Below, one piece after another: positions 1 through 14,289 of a stretch of 64,000 nucleotides of DNA. Origin of the DNA: Acidobacteriota bacterium. GTDB taxonomy: Bacteria > Acidobacteriota > Vicinamibacteria > Vicinamibacterales > UBA2999. Under the pieces are notes generated by a model. The model saw only the letters and a program-made list of their open reading frames with translations. It was not told the origin of the DNA and did no database searches. Numbering within the stretch: position 1 is the first letter of the stretch; each line of letters starts with the position of its first letter. The translations under genes and the position numbers were made by a program. The DNA lies in NCBI GenBank assembly GCA_018000455.1, contig JAGNJW010000024.1:13632-77631 (forward strand). Direction: 5' to 3'.

Positions 1-1218
1 TGCGTGATCTGGCCGGCGATGCTGATGAGCGCCAAGCTGCCGCTGCCCGGCCAGGTGTTCGGCCACGGCTGGGTGTTCTTCAAAGGCGAGCGGATGAGCA
101 AGTCGCTCGGCAACATCGTCGATCCGCTCGATGCGGCCAAGCGGTTCGGTCCCGACCCGCTGCGGCTGTATCTCGCCAAGGAAGTGCCCTACGGCGGCGA
201 CGGCGACTTCACCTGGGAGCGCTTCGAGGAGAAGTACAACGCCGACCTCGCCAATAATCTCGGCAACCTCGTGAGCCGCGTGGCCTCGATGAGCGAACGC
301 TATCGGCAGGGGCAACTGCCCGCGGCAGCCGCGCGGTCGGCGGTGCTCGCCGAAGCCGCGGCCTCGGCGGTGACCGCCTACACCACCGCCATGGAGCGGC
401 TTGCGCTGCACGAGGCCGTGGCCGCGAGCTTCCGACTCGTGAGCGCCACCAACGAGTTCGTGGCCACCAGCCAGCCGTGGGCCCTGGCGAAAGACGCGGA
501 CAAGGCCGACGCGCTGTCTGGTGTACTGTTCGACGCCGCCGAGGCCGTCCGAATCGCGGCGGTGCTGCTCAGGCCGTTCATGCCGGCGTCGTCCGCAGAG
601 ATTCTGCGCCGCGTCGGTGAGACGCGGCCGGTGGAAGACCTGCGCCTGGGTGACACCGCCTGGCAGACCGATGGCATCAAACAGGTCGTGAACGCCGGGG
701 CCCTATGGCCCCGCATCGAAACCCCGGCGACAGGTTACGTGGCAGTGCAGGGCCGCGCGACGTCGGTCGTCGTCTCACCCAGTCAGGGGACGCCCGTGAA
801 TGAATCGACCGCTCCTATCCTCGTACCGCCAGCCGACGTGGCGGCTCCGGCGGTGCCCGTCGCCGGGCCGGCCGCCGCGGCCGAGGCGACGAGCCACATC
901 AGTATCGAAGACTTCATGAAAGTGGAGCTGCGCACGGCGAAGGTGCTCAGCGCCGAGCGCATGCCCAAGTCGAAGAAGCTGCTCAAGCTCTCGGTCGACG
1001 CCGGCGAGGCCTCGCCACGCACCATCCTGGCCGGCATCGCCGAAAGCTACGAGCCGGAGGCGCTCGTGGGCCGATCGGTCGTCATCGTCGCCAACCTCAA
1101 GCCGCGCGAGATGATGGGCATGGTGTCGCAGGGCATGGTGCTGGCGGCCAGCGCCGACGGCGGGCCGGCGATGCTCATCAACCCCGAACCGGCTCCAGCC
1201 GGCTTGCGCGTCAGATAA
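1..1218 (+). CDS. metG: Methionyl-tRNA synthetase, C-terminal part (5' end outside window), with C-terminal tRNA-binding (Trbp111/EMAP-like) domain
   Basis: Contains the class I aaRS KMSKS loop (GERMSKSLGN), an anticodon-binding helical region, and a C-terminal ISIEDFMKVELRTAKVLSAE...KLLKLSVDAGE tRNA-binding OB fold. The reading frame is open from base 1. Confidence 0.9.
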   Translation, partial: CVIWPAMLMSAKLPLPGQVFGHGWVFFKGERMSKSLGNIVDPLDAAKRFGPDPLRLYLAKEVPYGGDGDFTWERFEEKYNADLANNLGNLVSRVASMSERYRQGQLPAAAARSAVLAEAAASAVTAYTTAMERLALHEAVAASFRLVSATNEFVATSQPWALAKDADKADALSGVLFDAAEAVRIAAVLLRPFMPASSAEILRRVGETRPVEDLRLGDTAWQTDGIKQVVNAGALWPRIETPATGYVAVQGRATSVVVSPSQGTPVNESTAPILVPPADVAAPAVPVAGPAAAAEATSHISIEDFMKVELRTAKVLSAERMPKSKKLLKLSVDAGEASPRTILAGIAESYEPEALVGRSVVIVANLKPREMMGMVSQGMVLAASADGGPAMLINPEPAPAGLRVR

Positions 1219-1254
1219 CGTCAGATAAGCTGTCGCCGGCGGCCGCAGCGGCTC

Positions 1255-1415
1255 ACGGAACGGGGAACGGGGAACAGGGAACAGGGAGCAGGGAACAAGG
1301 CGCGGGAAAACGCGTGTCACACGCCGCCTGGGCTCGTCCGTTCCAGTTTTCGGTTCCCTGCTCCCCGTTTCCCGCTCTCGGCTCCCTGCTCTCTATTCCC
1401 TATTCCCTGCTCCCT
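1255..1415. repeat. Two inverted arrays of 7-nt units in the metG-tatD spacer: 6x GGGAACR (1255-1296) facing about 9-10x its complement GYTCCCT (1340-1346 and 1353-1415)
   Basis: Read directly. Left array: ACGGAAC GGGGAAC GGGGAAC AGGGAAC AGGGAGC AGGGAAC. Right array: GTTCCCT GCTCCCC GTTTCCC GCTCTCG GCTCCCT GCTCTCT ATTCCCT ATTCCCT GCTCCCT, ending 3 nt before the tatD ATG. Confidence 0.85.
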
Positions 1416-1418
1416 GTC

Positions 1419-2243
1419 ATGATCGATAGCCATTGCCATCTCGCCGGTGAGGAGTTCGTCACGGATCTCGAGGCCGTCGTCGGGCGGGCGCGGGCGGCCG
1501 GGCTCGAGAGGCTGCTGGTCATCGTCGCCGCCGAGGACGACGCCGAATGGGACCGGGCCAGGGCCCTGGCCGCCACCTGGGACGGCATCGACCTGGCGAC
1601 CGGCGTGCATCCGCACCATGCCCATCTCTTTGCGGCCGAGCCGGCCAGCGCCGCGGCCCTGGTGGCGCGTCGTCTCGATGCCTGCCAGAGCCTGATGGCG
1701 ATTGCCGAGATCGGCCTCGACTACCACTACGACTTCTCACCGCCCGACGTGCAGAAGGCGGTCTTCCGGGCCCAGCTCGAGTTGGCGCAGGCCAGGAACC
1801 TGCCCGTGGCCATCCATACCCGTGAGGCGGAGGCCGACACTCTGGCCCTCATCCGCGAGGCCCAGGAGGCGGCGCCGCTCGCGGGTGTCTTTCACTGCTT
1901 CACGGGCGATCCTGCCGCCGCGGCCCGGGCAGCGGCGAGCGGCTTCTATCTGTCGTTTGCCGGGATCCTGACCTTCCCCCGCGCTGTCGAACTGAGAGCG
2001 GCGCTCAAGGGTGTGCCGCTCGACCGCCTGCTGGTCGAGACCGATGCCCCGTATCTGGCGCCGGTGCCGCACCGCGGCAAACGCAACGAACCGGCCTGGG
2101 TGCAAGTCACGCTCGAGGCGGCCGCCAGGGAGCGTGGGATGACGGTTGAGGAACTGGCGCGGATTGTGAGCGGGAACTACGACCGCCTTTTCCGGCCGCA
2201 AACCCGCGTGCCGAAAGCACTAAGCCGTGACACGGCGCGTTGA
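1419..2243 (+). CDS. TatD-family metal-dependent hydrolase/DNase
   Basis: Begins MIDSHCHL (HxH metal site) and has internal EIGLDYHY, AIHTREA, FHCFTG and ETDAPYL motifs typical of TatD/YcfH. I chose the ATG at 1419 because the ORF-track start at 1314 would translate the heptamer repeat. Confidence 0.85.
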   Translation: MIDSHCHLAGEEFVTDLEAVVGRARAAGLERLLVIVAAEDDAEWDRARALAATWDGIDLATGVHPHHAHLFAAEPASAAALVARRLDACQSLMAIAEIGLDYHYDFSPPDVQKAVFRAQLELAQARNLPVAIHTREAEADTLALIREAQEAAPLAGVFHCFTGDPAAAARAAASGFYLSFAGILTFPRAVELRAALKGVPLDRLLVETDAPYLAPVPHRGKRNEPAWVQVTLEAAARERGMTVEELARIVSGNYDRLFRPQTRVPKALSRDTAR

Positions 2244-2259
2244 CACCAGCACGAGCGCT

Positions 2260-6784
<4,525 letters not shown>

Positions 6785-6804
6785 CCCATATCCAGTGGAG
6801 CCCG

Positions 6805-8196
6805 ATGACCCGACACGGTAGTGCCGCCCGCATCCTCGTCATCGACGACGAAGCCGCGATTCGCGATTCCCTGCGCATGATCCTCGAGTACCAGGGGTAC
6901 TCGGTGATGGTGGCGGCCACCGGCGAGGAAGGGGCCGCGCTGGTCGAGCGCGAAGCACCCGATCTCGTCTTCCTCGACATCAAGATGCCGGGCATGGACG
7001 GGCTCGAAGTGCTGCAGCGGCTCACGCACCTCACGGACGTGACGCCGATCGTGGTGATGTCGGGACATGCCACCATCAGCACGGCTGTCGAAGCGACCCG
7101 CCTCGGCGCCTTCGACTTCGTCGAGAAGCCGCTCGAGACCGAGCGTCTGCTGGTGCTCGTCCGCAACGCCGTCGATTCGCGCCGGTTGCGAGCCGAGAAC
7201 CGCACCTTGCGGAAGGACCAGGAGAAGCGCCACCAGATCGTGGGCGACAGCCCCGGCCTCGCCGCCGTGCGGGCCGCCATCCAGAAGGCCGCGCCGACCA
7301 GCGCCACGGTGCTCATCTGGGGCGAGAGCGGCGTGGGCAAGGAACTGGTGGCGCGGGCCGTGCACCGCGAGAGCCTGCGACACGACGGGCCGTTCGTCCA
7401 GGTCAACTGCGCGGCGATTCCAGACGAACTCATCGAGTCGGAGCTCTTCGGCCACGAGAAGGGCTCCTTCACCGGCGCCAGCGACCGGCAGATCGGCAAG
7501 TTCGAGCAGGCCGACAAGGGCACGATCTTCCTCGACGAGATCGGCGACATGAGCCTGAAGACGCAGGCCAAGGTGCTGCGCGTGCTGCAGGAGCAGGAAC
7601 TCGAACGCCTGGGATCGAATCGGCTGATCAAGGTCGACGTGCGCGTCATCGCCGCGACCAACAAGGATCTCGAGCAGGAGATCACCAAGGGGACGTTCCG
7701 CGAGGATCTCTTCTATCGTCTCAACGTGGTGCCCATCTGGGTGCCGCCGCTGCGTGAGCGTCGCGACGACATCCCGGTGCTGGTGCGGCACTTCGCCGAC
7801 AGCTTCTCACGCGAGAACAATTTCCGTCGCCGGACCTTCACGTCTGCGGCGATGGAGCGACTGCGCCAGCACGGCTGGCGCGGCAACATCCGGGAGCTGC
7901 GCAACACCGTCGATCGGTTGATGATCATGGCCAACGCCGACGCCATCGACGTCGCCGACCTGCGCCTGTCGGAGACGGCGCGCGTTGACCAATCGACGCC
8001 GGCGCCCGATAATGACTGGATGCGCGCGCCGACGCTGCACGAGTTCAAGGCGAGCTCGGAGCGCGCGTATCTGGTGACGAAGCTGCGCGAGAATGCGTGG
8101 AACATCTCGAAGACCGCCGAGGTCGTCGACACGCCGCGCAGCAACCTCTACAAGAAGCTGGAGCAGTACCGCATTTCTCAGGAGACCGACGGATAG
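6805..8196 (+). CDS. Sigma-54-dependent response regulator (NtrC family: receiver + AAA+ + Fis-type HTH)
   Basis: Receiver domain (ILVIDDE...DLVFLDIKMPGMDG), Walker A GESGVGKE, an intact sigma-54 contact loop ELFGHEKGSFTGA, the GNIRELRN sensor II motif and a C-terminal HTH. No histidine kinase is adjacent. Confidence 0.9.
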   Translation: MTRHGSAARILVIDDEAAIRDSLRMILEYQGYSVMVAATGEEGAALVEREAPDLVFLDIKMPGMDGLEVLQRLTHLTDVTPIVVMSGHATISTAVEATRLGAFDFVEKPLETERLLVLVRNAVDSRRLRAENRTLRKDQEKRHQIVGDSPGLAAVRAAIQKAAPTSATVLIWGESGVGKELVARAVHRESLRHDGPFVQVNCAAIPDELIESELFGHEKGSFTGASDRQIGKFEQADKGTIFLDEIGDMSLKTQAKVLRVLQEQELERLGSNRLIKVDVRVIAATNKDLEQEITKGTFREDLFYRLNVVPIWVPPLRERRDDIPVLVRHFADSFSRENNFRRRTFTSAAMERLRQHGWRGNIRELRNTVDRLMIMANADAIDVADLRLSETARVDQSTPAPDNDWMRAPTLHEFKASSERAYLVTKLRENAWNISKTAEVVDTPRSNLYKKLEQYRISQETDG

Positions 8197-8204
8197 GAGA
8201 TCGG

Positions 8205-8628
8205 CCGCAGTGAACCGGATGACCGCCGCGCCGAGCAACCGCGCAAGCGTAGTACTCGACGGGGAGGAAAGTCCGAACTCCACAGGGCAGTGCGCCGGGT
8301 AACACCCGGGCGGGGCGACCCGACGGAAAGTGGCACAGAAAAGATACCGCCCTCGCTGTTTGGGGGTAAGGGTGAAAAGGTGCGGTAAGAGCGCACCGCG
8401 CGGCTGGCAACAGACGTGGCAGGCCAAACCCCGCACGGAGCAAGACCAAATAGGGAAGCGCATGGCTTCGGCCACCAGGACGGCCCGTCCGATCGACGCT
8501 TCCGGGTAGGTCGCTCGAGTCCGCCAGTGATGGCGGGCCTAGAGGAATGGTCATCTCGCCGGAGCCGGAGGGCCGCAAGGCCCGTCGGCGAAGGCGGACA
8601 GAATTCGGCTTACAGGGGCACTGCGGCC
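8205..8628 (+). ncRNA. rnpB: RNase P RNA, bacterial type A
   Basis: Universally conserved blocks are present: GGAGGAAAGTCCGAACTCCACAGGGCAG, GGGTAAGGGTGAAAAGGTGCGGTAAGAGCGCACCG and GACAGAATTCGGCTTAC. The P1 helix closes with GGCCGCAGTG (8205-8214) pairing to CACTGCGGCC (8619-8628). Confidence 0.93.
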
Positions 8629-8662
8629 CTTTCGTTCGTTGACAGGCGAGGCACCGTCGATC

Positions 8663-9873
8663 ATGCGCACACGGATCATCGCGCTCGCGTCCGCTCTGGC
8701 GGCCGTGACACTCGTGGCCGTTGGCACGGCACCCATGACGGCCGGCGACGGCCAGGCCGCGGGGGCGGCCGCGCAGGAGCCCGGACCCGGACGTCCGGGG
8801 GGCGTCATGCGGCGGCCGGGCGATGGCCGCACGCCGGAGTTCCCGGAGCCCACGATTACGCAGTACAAGCCGCGCTCGACGCTCAAGTTAGCGGTGCATC
8901 CGGTGCCGAAGGCCCGCTTCCCGGTCATCGATATCCACAGTCACCAGCCGACGCCGATTTCCGACGAGCAGTTCGCGCGGGTGGTCGAGGGGATGGACGC
9001 CGTTAACCTGCGGCTGCTGGTCAACGCCAGCGGGGCGCAGGGCGATCGGCTGACGCGGGCGGTCGCCGCCCTCGAAGCGAGCCGGTTCAAGGACCGCATG
9101 GTGCAGTTCACCGACATCGATTTGCGCAACGTCGGCCCCGGCTGGAGCACGAAGGCGGTGGCGCAGCTCGAGGCGGACGTCAAGGCCGGCGCCGTCGGCA
9201 TCGGCGAAATCTCCAAGGGCTTCGGCCTGCGCTTCCGCAAGGCCGACGGGACCCGCCTCGCCATCGACGATCCGGAACTCGACCCGGTGTGGGCCGCGGC
9301 CGGCCGCCTGGGAGTGCCGGTGCTCATCCACACGGCCGAACCGCAGGAGTTCTTCGAGCCGATCGACTTCCAGAACGAACGCTGGCTCGAACTGGCGCTC
9401 TACCGCGACCGCCGCTATCCAGCCGGCGAGTTCCCGCGCTTCGAGGAACTCATGGCCGAGCGCAACCGCGTGTTCAAGAAGCACCCGAAGACCGTGTTCG
9501 TCGCGGCGCATTTCGCGTATCACGCCAACGACCTGGCCAGAATGGGGGAACTCTTCGACGAGATGCCGAACGTCTACACCGAGGTGGGCGCGATTCTGGC
9601 CGAGCTCGGGCGTCAGCCGCGCGCCGCGCGCGAGTTCTTCATCAAGTACCAGGACCGGATTCTCTTCGGGAAGGACAGCTTCCAGCCCGATGAGTTCCCC
9701 TACTACTGGCGCGTCTTCGAGACCAGTGACGAGTACTTCGACTACTACCGCGACTACCATGCCTTCTGGAAGCTATACGGCATGGGCCTGCCCGACGACG
9801 TGCTGAAGAAGCTGTACTACAAGAACGCCCTGAAGCTCATTCCGGGGTTGCCGAAGGAAGGCTGGCCGCAGTA

Positions 9874-9874
<1 letters not shown>
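8663..9874 (+). CDS. Exported amidohydrolase-family (TIM-barrel metal-dependent hydrolase) protein
   Basis: Signal-peptide-like N-terminus (MRTRIIALASALAAVTLVAVG), an HxH metal motif (VIDIHSHQ) and later conserved His/Asp positions (VLIHTAEP, AAHFAY, FGKDS). The ATG at 8663 was chosen because the TTG at 8639 abuts rnpB. Confidence 0.7.
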
Positions 9875-10848
<974 letters not shown>

Positions 10849-10891
10849 CCCGCGGCCTCGAACGGCCGCAGTGACACGGCCCGCCGCGCCA

Positions 10892-12109
10892 TCACGGGGC
10901 CGGGGACACTTCTTGGCGGCGGCCATCCCCGTAGATGGCCTGCACCGCCGCGCCCTCGAAGTCGAGTGCGGATCCGATGCCCTGGTACACCGTCTTGAGC
11001 ATGCCGGTGTCGATGAGAAAAATGCGGCCGCCGAGGCGTGAGCGGATGTGGAAGTCACGATTCACGGTGTGGCCGACGACGATTCGGTCGGCCTCCCACC
11101 TGGCCAGCAACGCCGTCAGCGGCGCCTCGAGCATCGCCGCGTCTTGCGTGGCATAGCCGCGGTACCAGAGCGGTCCGTCGCCGTCGAGCAGCGACCAGCC
11201 GCCAAGGCCGGTGAAGGCCGCGGCCTCTTTGGCGAGGGCGATATCGAGCCCTGCCAGATCTGGCGATTCGCCCTTCGCAGTCGCGGCGGCGACGCGGCCG
11301 TTCAGCCAGCGCACTTCGGCCGCCGCGACCGCCAGCAGATCCTCCAGGCGGAACCACGGCTCGGCCAGGCCAGCCGACACCAGGCGCGCGACGAAGCGAT
11401 CGGCCCGCTCGATCTCGCTCCTGGCCCGGGCGTTGACGGCCTCGATCGACTCGGTGGTCTCGGGTGGAGCGCCGGCGTGCATGAAGATGCTGCGCCCGAC
11501 CTTCACGGCGATCGGCCGCTGGCGCAGCCACCGGCCGTAGACGCCGTCGGGGCCGAGAGCGCGACGGTACTCGATGCAGCCGCGCGGGTAGGCGGCCAGG
11601 AAGCCGCTCTGTGCGCGCGTCAGGCCGGGCGGCTGCTCACCCTTCCTGGTGCGGGCGCGGGTCTTGACCAGCCGCTGGTAGTCCCGCCAGCCGTTCTCAC
11701 GCACCTGGTCGGCGTCCTTGCCGGCGAAGCGGGCGCAGATCTCGGGCGTGGCGTCGCGCAGCTCACCGACCAGGTTCATCGCCTCGTGATTTCCGAGTAC
11801 CGGCAGCACGCGGCCGCCGTGAGCGGGTGCTTCGCGCTCGATCGCCATCAGCAGGTCGAGGGCTCCGCGTACGTCGGCACCGCGGTCGGTGACGTCGCCC
11901 GTCTGGACGAGTGTGGCCGCGCCGCCGGTCCAATGGTCCGATCCGTCGATGAGGCCAGCCGCCGAAAGCACCGCGCGCAGACCGTCGAGGCTGCCGTGCA
12001 CGTCGCCCACGGCGACGACGCGGGCCGGGGGGTCGCGCTGGGCGCGCGTGATGGGCGCGATTGTGACCACGGCGGCGGCCAGCACGAGCGCGATGCGCGG
12101 GGTGAACAC
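10892..12109 (-). CDS. Exported calcineurin-like metallophosphoesterase
   Basis: Signal peptide (MFTPRIALVLAAAVVTIAPITRA) and the metallophosphoesterase motifs GDVHG, GDVTDRG and GNHE. Confidence 0.8.
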   Translation of the reverse strand: MFTPRIALVLAAAVVTIAPITRAQRDPPARVVAVGDVHGSLDGLRAVLSAAGLIDGSDHWTGGAATLVQTGDVTDRGADVRGALDLLMAIEREAPAHGGRVLPVLGNHEAMNLVGELRDATPEICARFAGKDADQVRENGWRDYQRLVKTRARTRKGEQPPGLTRAQSGFLAAYPRGCIEYRRALGPDGVYGRWLRQRPIAVKVGRSIFMHAGAPPETTESIEAVNARARSEIERADRFVARLVSAGLAEPWFRLEDLLAVAAAEVRWLNGRVAAATAKGESPDLAGLDIALAKEAAAFTGLGGWSLLDGDGPLWYRGYATQDAAMLEAPLTALLARWEADRIVVGHTVNRDFHIRSRLGGRIFLIDTGMLKTVYQGIGSALDFEGAAVQAIYGDGRRQEVSPAP

Positions 12110-12111
12110 GG

Positions 12112-12927
12112 CTACTCCAAGAATACGTGCTCGGCGCCCTTCTGCCTGACCAACTTCTCGATCGCCCGCCGCATCAGGTCGCGCCGCGACAGCAGGGCCT
12201 TCTGTTCATCAGCCGTCAGCCACGCGCCGAGGGCGCGCTCCATGTCCAAGGCCGTCAGCGCGTCGATCCGCTGCCAAAGCGTGCGGTCGACGGTGTTGAT
12301 GGCGGCGATGCCGCTGGCCGAGGTGCGCGCGGTGAAGGCGCGTGAGTGGTCGATGAGGAAGAGGTGCCAGTCGCCGTCGTAGAGCAAGTTGCCCTGGTTG
12401 CGATCGATATTGGCAATCAGCTGATCGAACAGCTTCATGCGGCTCACCTGGCGCGACCACGCGGGCTCGGGGCCCTGCGCCGGCCGGTCGTTGTTCCAGC
12501 CGGTCGTGCCTTCAATCCACAGCACCGCGGCGCCGACCTTGCCTTCGATCGTGCGTTCGACGACCGGGGGCACCATATCCATGCCGAGGAGGCGGTCGAG
12601 GTGATACGCCGCGATCTCGGCCTTGTAACTTTCGCTGAAGCCTCCTCGCCGCATCGGCGGCAGCGCCTTCCATGCGAAGCGGTCGACCAGCCCGCCCGGC
12701 GCGAAGTAGCCACGCTGTGGCTTGGTGACGCCGATCGGCACCGCCTCCATGCGGGTGACCACGCCGGTGGCGAGCTGCTGCTCGACCGCGGCCTCTCGTC
12801 CGGTCCAGGTGCGTGAGCACTGTGGCGCGGCGGCGGCCGCGGGCGTGGGCTGACGGGCGGCGGCGTCGCCGGCCCCAAGAAGGGCGAGAACCAGGGCGGC
12901 GGCGACGCTCGGGGCAGTGGGGGGCAT
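12112..12927 (-). CDS. Exported PI3/PI4-kinase-like (type II PI4K-like) fold protein, function unknown
   Basis: Signal peptide MPPTAPSVAAALVLALLGAGDAAA. Contains EIAAYHLDRLLGMDMVPP, then a catalytic-loop-like FDQLIANIDRNQGNLL and a DFG-equivalent LIDHSRAF. These resemble the LDYIIRNTDRGNDNWL / IDNGLAF pattern of type II PI4 kinases. The gene ends 2 nt before the phosphoesterase start. Confidence 0.5.
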   Translation of the reverse strand: MPPTAPSVAAALVLALLGAGDAAARQPTPAAAAAPQCSRTWTGREAAVEQQLATGVVTRMEAVPIGVTKPQRGYFAPGGLVDRFAWKALPPMRRGGFSESYKAEIAAYHLDRLLGMDMVPPVVERTIEGKVGAAVLWIEGTTGWNNDRPAQGPEPAWSRQVSRMKLFDQLIANIDRNQGNLLYDGDWHLFLIDHSRAFTARTSASGIAAINTVDRTLWQRIDALTALDMERALGAWLTADEQKALLSRRDLMRRAIEKLVRQKGAEHVFLE

Positions 12928-12933
12928 GGGGAG

Positions 12934-12980
12934 CTTCCTGCCGGGATTCTAGCCGCGGCTGGAGGCAGTGCGGCAGGAAG
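12934..12980 (-). promoter_or_regulatory. 10-bp stem hairpin sequestering the Shine-Dalgarno of the kinase-like gene
   Basis: On the minus-strand mRNA, CTTCCTGCCG (complement of 12971-12980) can pair with CGGCAGGAAG (complement of 12934-12943). The latter contains AGGAAG 6 nt upstream of the ATG at 12927. The loop is 27 nt. Confidence 0.4.
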
Positions 12981-13304
12981 ACTGCGGGCCGGGCCGCGCG
13001 GTGACGGCGGTTGCCTCCGGGTAACGCCGGTTGCCGCGAGGTTTCCAATGGATCGCAGCGCGAAGGGCGGGGCCGTGGCAACGGCGGTTGGCGCCGGCGC
13101 CGGGAGCGCCGCGCCCGCACTCGGCGAGGGCCGCCGCCCAAGTGATTGGGCGGTAAGCGCTTGCGGTGCAGCCACGGCACCTGCGGCGGCGCTTGCAGAC
13201 GACCAGGTGTCCGCACGAGGCGCTGGAGGTGGTGACCGCTGACCTCGGGTGTCCGTCACGGTGCTTCGTGCGCGACATCCACCAACTTCACAGGAGACAC
13301 GCGC

Positions 13305-13637
13305 ATGACATCCACGCTCACTCGTATCGCCCTCGTTCTTTCGATCGCGCTCGGCCCGATGGCGGCTGCGACCCACGCGCAGGAGGCGGGGGCGAAAGCC
13401 GCCGCCACGCCGACGGTCGTCAATCTCAACGCGGCCACGCCGGAACAGCTCGAGGCTCTTCCCGGCATCGGGCCACGGGCCGCGCAGCACATCATCGAGT
13501 ACCGCACCAAGAACGGCGGCTTCAAGAAGGTCGAGGAGCTCATGAAGATTCAGGGTATCGGGGAGCGCAGCTTCCTGAAGCTGCGGCCGCTGGTCAGCGT
13601 CGGGAGCGTGAAGGGTGACGCCAAGGCGCAGCAGTAG
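13305..13637 (+). CDS. comEA: ComEA-family helix-hairpin-helix DNA-binding protein (exported)
   Basis: Signal peptide followed by a tandem HhH: VNLNAATPEQLEALPGIGPRAAQHIIEYRTKNGGFKKVEELMKIQGIGERSF. A good RBS (AGGAG) lies upstream. Confidence 0.85.
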   Translation: MTSTLTRIALVLSIALGPMAAATHAQEAGAKAAATPTVVNLNAATPEQLEALPGIGPRAAQHIIEYRTKNGGFKKVEELMKIQGIGERSFLKLRPLVSVGSVKGDAKAQQ

Positions 13638-14289
13638 GAGGCGGGCGGGGGAGCCGCGGGCCAAGGGGGCCTGCGGCTCCCGGCGGCGGCGCGGCTGGTG
13701 TCACGCCGCGGCACGCCGTGGCTACTCGCTCGTCGAACTGCTGGTCGTCGTGGGCCTCGCGTGTGCGGTCATGGCCGCCGCCCTACCCGCCCTCGGTCGC
13801 GCGGCCGACACCGCCGAAGCCGCGGGTGCCGCCCGCTACCTGGCGTCGATCGTGGCGCGCGCCCGGCTCGATGCGGCCCGTCGGCAGCGCACGGTCGCCG
13901 TGCGCTTCACGCGGCAAGCGCCCGTGGCTTTCAGTGTCGTTGTCGACGGAGACGGCGACGGAGTGCGCGCGGACGACATCGCCGCAGGGATCGACCGCGT
14001 GACGCGACCAGACGATCGCCTCGAAGATCATTTTCCCCGGGTGCGGTTCGGGATCGGAGGACCGCTGCCGGCCATCGACGACTCGGGCCTGCTCACCGCG
14101 AGCGACGACCCGGTGCGCTTCGGCGCAGCCGACCAGCTCACGCTGACGCCGTTTGGGACCGCCACCGGCGGCACGGCCTACCTGACGAGTCGAGCCGGGG
14201 TGCAGTTCGCCGTGCGAATCTCGGGGGTTACAGGTCGCACGCGCGTCTTGCGCTACGACCGTGGGCGAGCCGCGTGGCTGCCGATCTGA
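13615..14289 (+). CDS. GspH/FimT-like minor pseudopilin with prepilin-type N-terminus
   Basis: Prepilin cleavage/methylation motif RRG|YSLVELLVVVGLACAV (Glu at +5), followed by a GspH/FimT-like segment AARYLASIVARARLDAARRQRTVAVRF. The only in-frame start is the GTG at 13615, which gives an unusually long 36-aa leader. Confidence 0.65.
   Translation: MTPRRSSRRRAGEPRAKGACGSRRRRGWCHAAARRGYSLVELLVVVGLACAVMAAALPALGRAADTAEAAGAARYLASIVARARLDAARRQRTVAVRFTRQAPVAFSVVVDGDGDGVRADDIAAGIDRVTRPDDRLEDHFPRVRFGIGGPLPAIDDSGLLTASDDPVRFGAADQLTLTPFGTATGGTAYLTSRAGVQFAVRISGVTGRTRVLRYDRGRAAWLPI

Noticed and set aside
12444-13664. 406-aa minus-strand ORF crossing the kinase-like gene start, the 377-bp spacer and comEA
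   Set aside because: It is extremely Pro/Arg/Ala-rich, overlaps two better-supported genes and has no motif.
13698-14273. N-terminal two-thirds of ORF 13698..14591
   Set aside because: It is an out-of-frame overlap with the GspH-like pseudopilin and its translation is Arg-rich nonsense. Only the part downstream of the pseudopilin stop (the PilZ domain) is credible.
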